Shown: one piece after another, positions 10,901-24,100 of the stretch | Position numbering within the stretch: the stretch's first letter is position 1 | Layout: each line of letters begins with the position of its first letter | Assembly: GCA_002633005.1 (NCBI GenBank) | Contig: NMRA01000354.1 | Span: 124,001 to 188,000 of the forward strand | Length of the DNA: 64,000 bases | Source: Phoronis australis | Taxonomy: Eukaryota > Animalia > Phoronida | Direction: 5' to 3' | Made by a program: the position numbers and the translations under genes | Notes under the pieces: model-generated | What the model was told of the DNA's origin: nothing | What the model saw: the letters and a program-made list of their open reading frames with translations, nothing else | Database searches by the model: none

Positions 10901-13900
10901 AACAGAAGATAAATGCTAAGACGGAGGAAATCTCGCACACGGTCCGTGACCAGTCAAAAATCGAGCTTGACAGACTTGTCAAGCCAAAGAAATCAGGTAG
11001 CTGATGTGTAGTGGATGGATGGTGTTACTGAAAACTAGACGTGTTGATGGCTCTGCTAGTGAAGTCTTGTCATTAAAATAATTAACATTTGCCAGTGTTC
11101 TAATTTAAGCACGCTTTAGCAATAATCATGCAGATGTATGCATAGTTCATAGTTCACAGTTCACGCACATCAGACAGTAACTAGAAAAATAACCTTTTAT
11201 CTCGTGGTTACCATGAGATGAGAAATTTCAACTAAGATGGTCATATTTTGAAATCGCGCATTACTTCGCTTGTTGCTGATGCTGTCCCCCATTTTTATGC
11301 GCCCACATATTTATATGTGGACGCATTATGCCGTCATCTCTGTCCGTCCGTCCGTCCGTCCGTCCGTCCGTCCGTCCGTCTGTCCGTCCGGGCGGCGTCC
11401 GTCCGGCGTCCGGCGTCCGCTGCTCTATCTCCAAAACCCTTTGACATACGTTCATGAAATTTGGCACATATGTTCCATTCATGAATGGGACGGCATGTGC
11501 GAACTTTCGGACGGATCCGACTACCGGTGTGCCCCCTAGTGGCAATTTTAGTTTTTTACGCTTACCTTTGTATCTTCAAAAGTCCTGAACGGATTTTCAT
11601 GAAATTTGGTATGTAGGCACCTATTAGTGAGATGACGCTATCCTACTGTTTTCAGATGGATTCGACGTAGTTTGCGCCACCTAGTGGCCATTTTTACTGT
11701 TTTCGAGTCTGTATTTTTGCGTCCACCCCTCTATCAACCAAACCGCTCAAAGGATGATTGTGAAAATTGGCGTGTATGTGCTTACTATAAGGAAGACAGC
11801 TGACAATGATTTTCAGACGATTTGGACTACTGTGGCGCCTCCTAGTGGCAGTTTTGTTTTTTTGCGCCCATGGCTGTATCTCCCAAACCGTTTGCAGGAT
11901 CTTTACTAAATTTAGCAAGTGTATTTATGTGATGTTGACAACGGACGATGACGACTTTAGGATGATTCTGATTACCGGTATGCCTCTAGTGGCAATTTTA
12001 GTATTTGCCTCTAGTGGCAATTTTAGTATTTTACATTGACCTCTGTATTTTCATAGGTCTTCAGGTGTATACTTTGTGTTACTTCGTGACTGTGAAGGAA
12101 AAGTTCCAAGTAGAAATTTGTTTCTGGCATTCTAATGCTGTGCTAATCTCGTATGTTGGTAAATTTGTTTTTAATTCTATGTTTCTGTGGTGCTTTAAGC
12201 AACTGGTGTATAGGATGTGCTTGTATTATGAAGATTACTCACATTTTGCCCCTAGCCTATTGAGGAGACAATGACCATGCCTTTCCATTTTGCAAAGTAC
12301 GCCCTCTACTGGCCACTTTATGGTACCAATAAACAACCCTAGAAGGATACCGTATGCGGTGCAATTGTGGGCGCATTTCAACGCTCCGCGTTGCTCTTGT
12401 TTATAATCAAGTAACCAAATCTTTCAGTTATGTGGGGACTATGAGCGCATTTATTTTGTCAATAATATTTGAGCCTTGCATTGTAATTGAGCATTCAAGT
12501 GGGACTTTCATGTTGCTTGTACTAATTCTCAAACCATCGTTTTTCCAATGGCTTATGTTACATTAGGTGTTCTTGTATTTAATCTGTTCTGTCTGTGGAG
12601 CACTAGGAAATCGTTTCGAAAAATGTGTTATTAATCTTATAGTAAGGTAGTTAATCACAACCATTTTCTTGTATTTATACTATTATCAGATATTTAAGTT
12701 GTAATTCACTGTCAGGTGGCATAATTGTTCGGTCAATTAGAGAATATAATTGTTTACTCATGTCACTTTCACTGTAAAATGTTACTTTATTGGCACTTGT
12801 TTGAAATGGGTGACTTGGAATCCACCAGGTGGCGTTAAAGAGACAACATTCCTGCTTGTATAAATGCATGAATTCATGTAGAATTGTGAAACCCTTATAC
12901 CATGAGTGCTCCTGTGCTGATCAACACCTTTCTGTTCTCATTCTACTCTGCTAGTTGTTGATAAGCGGGGGTTTTATTCATTGGCACTACCAAGAAAAGA
13001 TCAAGTCATCCCTTAATAGTTTGTGTTTTTTTACGTGATCAGGCTTAAGGTAAAACAAAAATATTAATTAGTTCTTTTTGTTACAGCACAAGTCATAGTC
13101 AAAGACAGAGGTATCATAGACGTTGAAGTTAACGCTGTTCTGGAGGAGTTTGCTGTCGCTGTCTGCACAGAGGAGAAACTTATAACCGAAATCAAAATCA
13201 AAGGTTTGTTACCATTCTCATTTCACATCTCTCGCAAGGTGGGGATACTTTGACATGAATCTGGGCCCCTCTCGTAACACAAGATGATCACAAGTGAAAG
13301 TGGGTGCAATCACGTGATCCGCTTGCTACGCAAAGACTTGCACAGTCTCTAGTCTCATGGAATACATCCCAAAATAGGAATGTTAATAATCGGCAATTAT
13401 TCTTTTAAATATTAGTCAAAATTCTCAAAGCCCTTAGTCAAAGTTTTTTTTCATGCTACCATTAACATCTCTGTATTTTTGATCCTTTTTGATGCAATAT
13501 CGTCGTGGCTCTATCCTGCTTATCCACTGATGTTTTTTCAGGTTTGCAGGCTGGCGTGACTGTAGAGAAATCTAAAACCACCGTGTCTACATCGCTTAGT
13601 GACATCGTCATTTTTGACCCTACCGAAAAGGCCCGCTATCCTAAGGTTAGCATTGTAATAGTCTCGTTTTGAAGATGAAATGTAAGAATTTGTCTCTTAA
13701 ACCTGTGTCAACCCTTCTTCCATAAAAATAACCTATGATTTTGACCACCTAAAGTTATGAGATTGGTCGCAGTTTGTTCCTCTCTAAAATTGGAGGTTAT
13801 TTCTGGGCTTGAAAAAACTAAGAGTTATTGCTTGAGACCAAGCTCAATTTGCTTTATCTTGGCGGGTCATTTAAATGCTGGGCACTATCTCAGGCAATAC

Positions 13901-16900
13901 ACTATCAATCTGTTCTAAGCCTCAAACTGCTTCTATTTGATTGAGGAACAATTTGAGGCCAGTTCCATTGCAGTAATTTTTTTTTGATGAAACATAGCCT
14001 GAGAGCAGTTTTAAATTTTGCATTCTCAAAAACTGAAAATGAACTCCTCTGAATTTAATTTGAGTAGTAGGTCATCAACTGGGATTTGGCTGCACCAGCA
14101 GAGTGTTGCCCTTCAACCATGGGGTTACAGCTTCAATTCCATGTTGGGGCTGATTTTGGAATTAGCACTTTTCTTGCTGATTATATCCCTGTAATGCTTT
14201 GCCTTGCTATGCCCTCGTATACTTGGCGACAACTCTTCTGACTCACAAAGAACTCAGGCCCTCTCCATTTTGCATGTTACACTTTCACCATTTTCTGTGC
14301 ACCATGACATTCTGCCTTAGACATTATCAAATTTCTGTGCACCATGACATTCTGCCTTAGACATTATCAAATTCCTGTGTACCATGACATTCTGCCTTAG
14401 ACATTATCAAATTTCTGTGTACCATAACATTCTGCCTCAGACATGATCAAATTCCTGTGTACCATGACATTGTGCCTCAGACATGATCAAATCTACTTAG
14501 CAATAGAAACTTGTCTTGGCCATCCCCTTGACTCAAGATGTCGCCAGGAAATTAACAAATGCAATTTTTGATTTGTATTTCAAGTCTACTATTTCTAATG
14601 GTTGCAGATACTGTATACAGAGATGGGTAAGGAAGTGTTCCGTCTGGGCCTGGTAGTTTACAACGGTTCCACAGAGGGCGCTAACATGCATGACATGACC
14701 AAAGTAGACACGAGCGTCGACCTTAACCTTGAGTGTGTGAAGATGGTGTTCATCAACAGATATATCATGGATCTGCTGGTAGGTCAAGGGTCAGGAGTCA
14801 CGTAGGGTCATTCTGTAAGCATTAGTAATTGGTTTTAGGTAGTGCAATATGTTGCTTGAGAATGTTCTGGACTCGACAATCATTTTATTTCATACACACT
14901 TGCCAAACTAAGTGAGATTTTCTTAATTTGTGAAAACCGGCAAACAAGATGTGACTAAATGACGAAACATTTTGCAAGTTCTGTATTTGTCTCTGAAATT
15001 TGTTTGATGTACTTATCATTAAGAAAATAAGTAAACATTCCTGATAGCTGTTTGCATAGGCCCTTGAGAAACGAACCGTAGTCGGACTATGACTCTTCTT
15101 AGTTCACAACATGTAACTATCGATTGATCTGTTGAAGAAGTGCTTAGACAAAATAATTTCAGTTCACAGCAAGTTTTGTCTTCAGTGTTGAATTTTTTTT
15201 CTCTTCGTTTTCCTGTTGTGAAGTTTATTTTTAGTTATTGAATCAGCACTGAAGTATTCTGCTAACATGTTTTGCTTTGCTTTGCTTTGTAGATTACAGC
15301 AAATGTTAGTAAGGTTTCATAGTGCCGTAGTTACCCCTCCCCCACATGCAGTAACGTAATGTTGGTAATATACCCACGTCATGCAGATGGGTAGCCTGCT
15401 GGGAAATTGGCTTTATGATTTAATGATCCACTGTCATAGTAACCAGCCTTCCTTTTATGAAAGGGGTTCTTAAAACATCATTCTGTATGTTGTTAGCAAG
15501 AGAGCTGGCTTGGCTTGTAAAGAGGAAAGGCTGGTTACGCCAGCAGTGTATGGACCCAGGCCAGTAGTTGAGACAGTCCAAATGAACACCTGTTTGAAAT
15601 TAACACCCTTTTCGTTTAACATCACTAACTCTTTTGCTCTTTACCAATCCTTTTGTTAGAATTAATAGCGTATAAAGGTGCAAGAGTGCTAACATTTGGC
15701 TTGGCGTAAAAACAGGTTGAATTTTGGGCTAAAGTCACTTATATAGGTCCGGCATTTTGAGAACCAGTTTTATCCACAGAATAACAGGCATCAAACTGGT
15801 TCTCAACCAGGGGACCCCAGGATTGTAAGTGACTGATGTCAATTTTTAAAAAGGATTAAGAAATTTTTAATGGAGATGTAACAATGATCAGCTGCAGTAC
15901 TCCTAGATCTCTTATTTCCATGTCATGACATTATATTCTGGCCACAGATACATTGAAGATGATTTTGCAGCTGACATGTGCAAGTAGTTTTTCATGTTTT
16001 CGCAAGGTGGCGCTATTATTTTTTGGTTTCTAGAAGCATTAAACATGGCATGCTGAAAACTATCGTAATTAAAAACAGAACTGCGGCATAAATGCATATG
16101 AAAGAGTGACGGCAATTCCAGACCAGCTTTATGCTATTTGTAACTTCGAAACTGTAGAACAGAATTTGCTAAATTCGCAAAATAATGGTTCAGAACGTAG
16201 TAACGGACAAGAGCGCATTGTAATTGTGTGTCACAAACGTGTCTTTACAATGATTACCTCAATGAGCAAATTTCAAAATAAGAACTGGAAATGATTCTGT
16301 GGCCGCGCTTTTAAATTCAAGCTAAGATCCCTTAAACCCCAGCACCGGACCAGAAAACTCCAAAGCTGTGATACAAATTCCATACCCGTGGCCCTACACT
16401 CCTCTCATGATCCGTGACTGGAGTTTGTCTCCTGTGTATGGAGTTAGGTCACATTTCCTGTGGGTGTGCTGTCACTGAAGGGGTGTCAGCATGAAATCCA
16501 TACCACTGATTTGGTGTTTGTTGGTCTGGGACAGGGGTTTAGGAGGTCGAAGATGGAGTTTAGAGCCGCAGCCATGGAATCACGTACACCCTCTTTAAAA
16601 ATGTAACAAATATGCTCCAACCAAACTGATCGTCCTCATTACCAAACAGCTAAACTCTTAATGCTAATGTGATACTAGAATGCCTGGCAAAGTCCGGATG
16701 TCCTAATTTACATATGGGAAACAACGTCTTAATTAGCATTAGCAAAAAACAACAATAGTCATGTGACACATGACCAACACTATAGTATATAGTACCCATA
16801 GCAGCTGACAGTCATGGACAGGGTACACACTCACACGGAACTTTTTGTGGAACTCCAAAAAGTGTTTATACGCATTCCAGAACAGAGGTGTTTAGGAAGT

Positions 16901-19900
16901 TAAATGATTGAACTGTGAAGTAATCTGTGCCTCTACCTTTGTGACACATTAAGTTTGGCTTCCCTCTAGTACGTTGCTAAGTAGAGTCAGCACACTGGTA
17001 AACAGACTATATTGCACTCTAGCAGTACACTTAATTGCATAGTGCACTTCACACTCTTATTTTGTAAATAGATCAATGATGTCGCTGTTAGCAGTATTCA
17101 GTGGCATACCAGTGTTGACTAGTATGCTTGCATAACAATTCACGTCATCCTGTGACTGATAGCAGTGTCATTACACCTGTTTGTATAATGAAATAAGTCA
17201 TGTGTCTTGCAACCCTGTCCCATGCAGTCTAAAGCAATTCATTATGTGCCCACTGCTATATTCCAATTATCCCCTGGATGGATGTTCACAAAATTTTGCA
17301 GATATATTCTTTTTGTCCGTCCATGGTTGTATCTTCTGTAGGATCTTTGTTAAATTTGTTAAATATCTCTCTGGTAATGTGACAATAAATGCCAACAACT
17401 TTCACACAGATTCAACTACTAATTGTCCAAGGGGCAATACTAGTTTTTTCCGTTTTCTTCTGTACGTTGGGAGCTCCGTAACAGATACCCATGAAATTTG
17501 TCTTATAAGTTTCTGTTAAATGGACAATGACACCACCTCATTTTCGGATGGACTCAATGTATTGTATGTCACTTAGTGGACTTTTTTCATTTTTAATTTG
17601 CTGTCATTGTTCCATAAAGTGGGATTGTAAATAATGATCATCCCTTGTATCTGCATTGTATGGACGCATGTCAACATTGTGCACTGCTATTGTTATTGAT
17701 TGAAGTCGTGCAATCTTGTGTGTGAGAAATAAAAGCAGCATTACCCACAGTGCTATACTGCTTGTTCCGGCCATGGGCGTAACTTCATCCACTTTGGGTT
17801 GGTGAACTTGTCCCTGCATAATTTAAAATACTAGACGTACCTAGAGTTATCACAATTGTTTTTTGCCAAAAATACCACCCTCACCATATATATGACCCTC
17901 CCATGTTTCGTTTTTCAAAACCTTTGATTCTATTTTAAGAAATTACCCTACCATAGGGTCATTTGATCAGAGTGTGCACCGGAATAGTGTTTGTTCAAAC
18001 CTTTTTAACTACTGTACTCGTCCGTGTTACCACGCAGGGTGCTTAAATTGGGAATCTAAAAAAACGGGGTGGGCGGTAAGCCGAGTATAGGGCGTAACCA
18101 GGATCAGTAAGGTATTTGTTCTTGTTTCCCTGTGTATATAAGAAATTCAAAGTCAGAATGTTCAAAATCATCTTGTTTTTTCTACGCCCGTTATTTTACT
18201 TGTTTGAACTTCTATCTTCAGCTATTTATTGACAACTTCGAGACGGCCAAAAACAAAATGTCTGAAGCTGCCAAAGCAACGGCAGCGAAAGTTGCCGAGT
18301 CGGCGGCCACGTTGCATGAGAAGGCTGCTCGTGTTCAACTTAACATCAACATAAACGCACCCAAAATCTACATACCGCAGAGTTCAGGGTCAGACAACGC
18401 ATTCCTTGCCAACCTTGGTAATTTGACCTTATCGAACACGTTTCACGTTGCCGGGACGATAGCTTCACACATGACCCCTGCCGTGCTAGATAAGATGGCG
18501 ATTGAGCTGAAGAATCTGGAGTTGTCTAGGTGAGAATTGTTGCAGGACATTCTTGAATCCAGAATTTGATGAAGCTTTGCATTATTTTGTTGTTGCCATT
18601 CAATTAAATGACATCACCCTTGTGGAGAAAGAATACGTCAAAATGGAAATTAGTTTTAATTTTCTTTGTTTTGAGCATTGCTCCATTAAAGCTAACTTCT
18701 AAACCTATTGATAAGATAGAAATTTCAGGCTAAATTTTTCGAAGAATTCTTAAAACTAACTTTCTATTTGAAAGCTATAAGTTGTCTTCTTAGTAAAAGC
18801 TGGCTGACAGTTAATAATAAATGAGCTGTCTTGACAAAAGAACATGTAGCTTATATCACTTATTTGCTGACCGTTTTTAGGGTCATCTTGGAGAAAGTGG
18901 ATAAGACGGACAAAGTGAAAGCCTACTGCCTCCTAGTGGAGCCCATCAACATCAAACTAAATGTTGTTCGTAATCTGGCATTTGGTTGGTTCAAGGATGA
19001 ACCAGAGGTGGCAATCTCTGGACAATTGCCCAATGTTACTGTAAGTTCATAATTAAGGTTTTCAGTGTCCGGTTGCATGAAACAGTTGCAAAAGGGTAAT
19101 TTTCTTAAATCTACTCTGCATTTATGGGCTTGTGAAAACACTGATTGTCCTTTCTTAGGCTGTTTGAGACTTATTACTAAGTCAATTTTTTACTGATACA
19201 AATCGAAAGTGAGCTCTACATTGAATCCTAAATATTATTGAAAACAACTTGCGATCTTTTCACGCAAGGCACCTAATTTAAGGACTAAGTCCATAAATAT
19301 TTTGACTTAATTAAAGGCTCTGTTTTTTGTTATATTATTAGAAAACGTCATTAGTCAAAGAGGAGCTTGTAATGAAGATAGAACTACAGAAATAATATTA
19401 CTTCTGTGAGTAAAGAATAAAACAAATACACAAAAGATTTATGGAACTTAGTTGTGTCTCTATTTGGGACTGTTTCATGCAACCGGCCAGAGATGTCTTA
19501 TATACAGGACACATAGTACATACTTGGGTATATATTGTGGTTATCTCTGTCTTAATATCTGGCCATGCTTGAACTAAGAGTCATACTATTCTGTCAGTTG
19601 TTTTGTTTGTGTGAAGGACAAGGTGGCTGAGGTTGCTTTACAGACAGATCTTCCTGGCTGTACCTTTTGGCAATTTTAGTTTCAGGTGTTCTTGTTGTTT
19701 TATCATTTTAATACTGGAAGCTATCGTTTTTGGATATGTCTATTTAAACCTCATGTGTGGTTGATGATAACATTTGCTTTAATATTCCGAAGAAGGAGAT
19801 TTGTTCACCCTCATGGTGTCTTCACTTTAATGCAGACTGTAGACATATGAAATGTCGTTGAAATTCTAGTCGTTTTTGCACAAGATGAAGTAACATACCT

Positions 19901-21109
19901 TAAATTTTTGAATTTGTTCATTCCTCAATCTGAATGTGTTATGATTAGTTTAAAGATTTTTGAGTAATGTTTTTCAATGATGACTGAATGAAATAAGACT
20001 CTGGACGTTTCATATTTGTAGTACTTGTTTCCTTGGAAACATGATTGAAATGTGTCATTTCTGGATTATTTTGTTGTATTCATTCACAATTGGTTTCCTG
20101 AATATATCGTTAAGTCTCAATGTTTCAGCTCGGCATGAGTCAGGCTGACTTCTCCAGTATCATGAGTTTACTGGCTGAGAACCTCCAGGAGGGGGCGACA
20201 CCAAAAGCCACCACGGCTGTTGGCACTGACTACACTGACTCCAGCACTCACACAGGTAGAAAAGTGTGATTTTTGTTACCCAGTCTGTGTTGGGAACCTC
20301 CTTCACAGGTGTGATGAAACTCACTCATCGTGAGCAAGTTACCTTGGTTGGTAATTAAAGCTACCAGACTGTTTGTTTTGAGTCACTTACCGTTATAGCA
20401 GTGGTCTCGTTTTATTCCTTACTCAGATAAGAGTTGATTTCTGGACTTCAGGAGAATGAAACCAGGCTCAAGGAGTCTGGACTTGAGCGGCCATTTTATG
20501 ATTTTTACGAGAATTTAATCTAAAGCGACGAGTTCTTCCCAGGCTCAGAAATTCCTTCTAATTTGGATAAGGGCAAAGTTGAGGTTATTTTTTAAAGCTA
20601 GTTGGCATAAGTGAAGTATAATGATGTATAATTTATACCATCATTAAACTTATAAGTTACTAATTTATGACCAAGAACTAAGATACATGACACAGACCTA
20701 GTACGCTTCGAAGATTCCATCTTTGCTCCTGGTATCAATCTGTTTTTAATATTGTTTATTTTTGACAACGTGCTCTCAGTCAAGGGGAATTGAAACTAGT
20801 TCTTTGTTTATCCCATTGCAGAGACCTCTAGTGAAGTGAAGCGCAGTGACACTACCACGCCCTCTGGTGTGTTCACACGGGTCAAGTTCAACTTCTCTGT
20901 AGATAGCATGTGTGCTGTTCTTTATGCTGGCGACAGTTGCTTGGTAACCTTTCTTGATTGAGTTTCTGATTAATTTTTGAAGTCGAGCAGTTTTCTAACA
21001 TGAACAAAAGTGATACGTTTGGAAGGGTGGTCAGATAATATTTTGTGAACAGTGTGATTAGGCCACCGTCCCCTTTACAGAGACAAACACACTATACAAA
21101 CACACTATA

Positions 21110-21157
<48 letters not shown>

Positions 21158-24100
21158 CATACACACACACTGGTGTTGGTTTCAACAAATTGCAAAGACT
21201 ACAGTTCACCATCTTATACCAGAACATCTCTGTTTCTCTGCATTTACTGGTAACTTGCCTGCAATAGTTGACATTGATATCTTGTGAACTCATCAAACTA
21301 CCAAAAAACAAGTGGTGCATCTGCTACAGCAGGAATGCTAAGTTTTCATTGAAGGTCCATATACAAAGGACACACTAAGGGCTGTTCCAGCAAAATCTGT
21401 GTGGGAGGGGGGGGGAAGGCAACTGAAATAAAAATTTATGGGTGGTTGCGTTTGACTTAAATTCAAAATGGCTGGTGGTCGTACTTCAAAAAAATTAAAA
21501 TTTACAGGTCGTTGTTGTTTCATTGGGCCATAAATGTTTGATGGTGGGTAATTTTAGTAAATTTTATAAACAATCTGCACAGAATCAAAAACTGAAACAA
21601 AAATGCGACTTGCAAAGAGCTCCGACTTTTTCACTCCCTCCGATCTCCTCATCGGCATGCCCATAACACCATTTAACCACAGGTGCTCGAATTTCTCGAT
21701 GGCTAATAACCATATATATGAAACATCTGTTTTCTTAGTAATGAATGACGACGTGGTGATGGAGGAACAGATAAACTCAAGCGCCTGTGCAGTCAACCAC
21801 AAAAACAAAAAAAAATTACGGGTGGTTGCATTTCAAACTTATAAAAAATTACGGGTGGTAGGCTGAAGAAATAAATGAAAAATATGGGTGGTGGGTGTGA
21901 AAAAAAGGTGCCTTCCCCCCCCTCCCATACAGATTTTACTGGAACAGCCCTAAAAACAAATGGCATTTACTGTCAGTAATTACCTGAGGGCAAGTATTAC
22001 ATTAAACTATTGGTTAGTCAATGGCATTTAATGATTGGTAAATACTAGTTATTTACTATGTTGTAGTTAATATTTACGTTAACATTGCTCTCGGTAATGT
22101 ATTGTTCAGTCTGGTCAAGATACTGTTGAGTCACAACTGCAGCCATTTTGCAGTTTGTTGCAGATGTTGGTAAAAAGCAATTGTCACTAGTTGATACGTT
22201 GTATAGAATTTGTACTTACCAACAGACAGTTGGCTTACATTGTAATACAACATCTGCAACAAGATGCAAGAAGGCTGCGACTGTGATTCTTGCACTTGAT
22301 GTTGAGCAGGCTTCATGTAACCAATAAATCATACAAATACAACATTACCAGTATTTCCACTCTTTATTTTACGTTACTTGATGTTTTTTCTTGCCATCGT
22401 CATTTTACTTTGTATTCAACGTCTCTCAGTCATTGCACGGTGCTCAGTTTACCCGCCTTTGTGAACAGATAATTAACTGGAGTTGCACTCTGATAGACAA
22501 CTGCCTTTTTGTTTCCTAGGTTTCTGGCTTGGCCAACAGAAATGTGAAAGATTCATTGGCAGCGTTCGTTCTTCAGTCCATTGTACTCGGAGGCAACATG
22601 AAAACGGACAACTCCATTGCCATAGACGTGGTTCTCAAGTCATGCATCCTGGATGATACCCGCCCTGGGCGAGAAAAAGCCATAACAAGGTATTTTGTCT
22701 GATGGGTGGTTAATAAGTATTTTGTCTCCACCGTGGCATTTGTCAGTAGTTGTGTGGCCTCTCTCCCAGCTCTGTCATGAACTGCAGCTCATTGATACCG
22801 GTTTTGATAACAGTGAACGATACTGTTATTTCCTGTTTTAAATACAGGGATTATTATTGATATTTCATAGGTTAAATTCAGTAGTAAGGAATAATATTGA
22901 TACGTCTTTGATTTGTTTTGATTCCTAGATCAGAATGGATATTTTTCAGATTAGCTTTGATATCAAAGAGTTGCACTGATGTTAGTCATACCTGATATCA
23001 TGCTGTTACTTTTCTTTCCTGAAGTAAAAGCTGTAGACATATAAACAACACATTTTGCTCCGTAAATTTAGTTTGGTGCGAGTAATATTCTCTTAATATA
23101 AATCTAATTTTGAGAAGATGGCTGTAGCTGAATTCATTGGTGCCCTCTTCCAGATCCATACAATCATCAAAACCTATTGTGTGATTGTTATTGTATATCA
23201 CTGTTTGATAATAGTTTAACTTGTGATTTTTGATGTCTTTGTGTTCTTAGAGGCAACATCTTCAGGTAGACGTTTTGTATTCTATAGTTGATTGCGTCAC
23301 ACTTTGCTGTCAGTTTTGTTAAGTATATACCGCAACTTATATGAGTAATTATTTGTGTTATCTTAGTTATGTTATGGATTTTGTGTTTCACTCGTGGTTT
23401 TATTATGTCAGTTTCTGTGTTTAAATTCTTTATCTTTACTTTCATTTAATATTTACTGGAATAATATCTAATTGCTAATTAGTCCCATTTTGATTATTTG
23501 GCAAAGAAGTGGGTTTCTTTCACTTTTTAACAAACCTAAGTTATGAAGTGCGCTTGATTTCTTTTGTCTACTATTCTACCAGCTAGTCAGCAGTCAGTGT
23601 TATAAAATATTTGCAAGTAAGGTGCTTTAACACGTGTCTTGCATGTTTTGAGATTATCATATCGTAAGATTGTCTACATAAGATGCACCAAATTTGTGTT
23701 GTTGCGTCACTGCTCCTTTTGAAGTCCAGTTTTCGAGTTTGTCTTCACTGAATTGTATGGTAAATCTTCACTTATTTGGAACACAATGTGGCTGGCCATT
23801 GTAATTCTCTTTTGTTAAAATTCCTCCACAAGAAATACTAAGAAAACTTTAGTCTCTTTCAGGAGTAGTTTGCAGTGTGTGGTTGTTAAAAACAATATTT
23901 GGTTAAATTTCCATTATTTCCTGCAAGATAAGTGGAAAAATGACAAATTTGGCAATTATTTTTGTGCAAAATAATCAGGGAATAGCTGTAATTGTTTTAA
24001 TAGCTAGTCTTTCTGCATGTGATAGGATTTCCAGGCTCTCAAATTATTGGCAGTGTTTACCTTATAGTTCTCAAAATATGCGTGATGAAGTGCGTGGTTT

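Noticed and set aside
11248-12274. ORFs with SVRP/DGRT repeats (also 47786-48951)
   Set aside because: Translations of the (CCGT)n microsatellite and HINE body, not genes.
15439-15538. Short inverted repeat gtaaccagccttcc / ggaaaggctggttac as a miRNA hairpin
   Set aside because: The stem is short and the loop about 60 nt; more likely a decayed tiny MITE.
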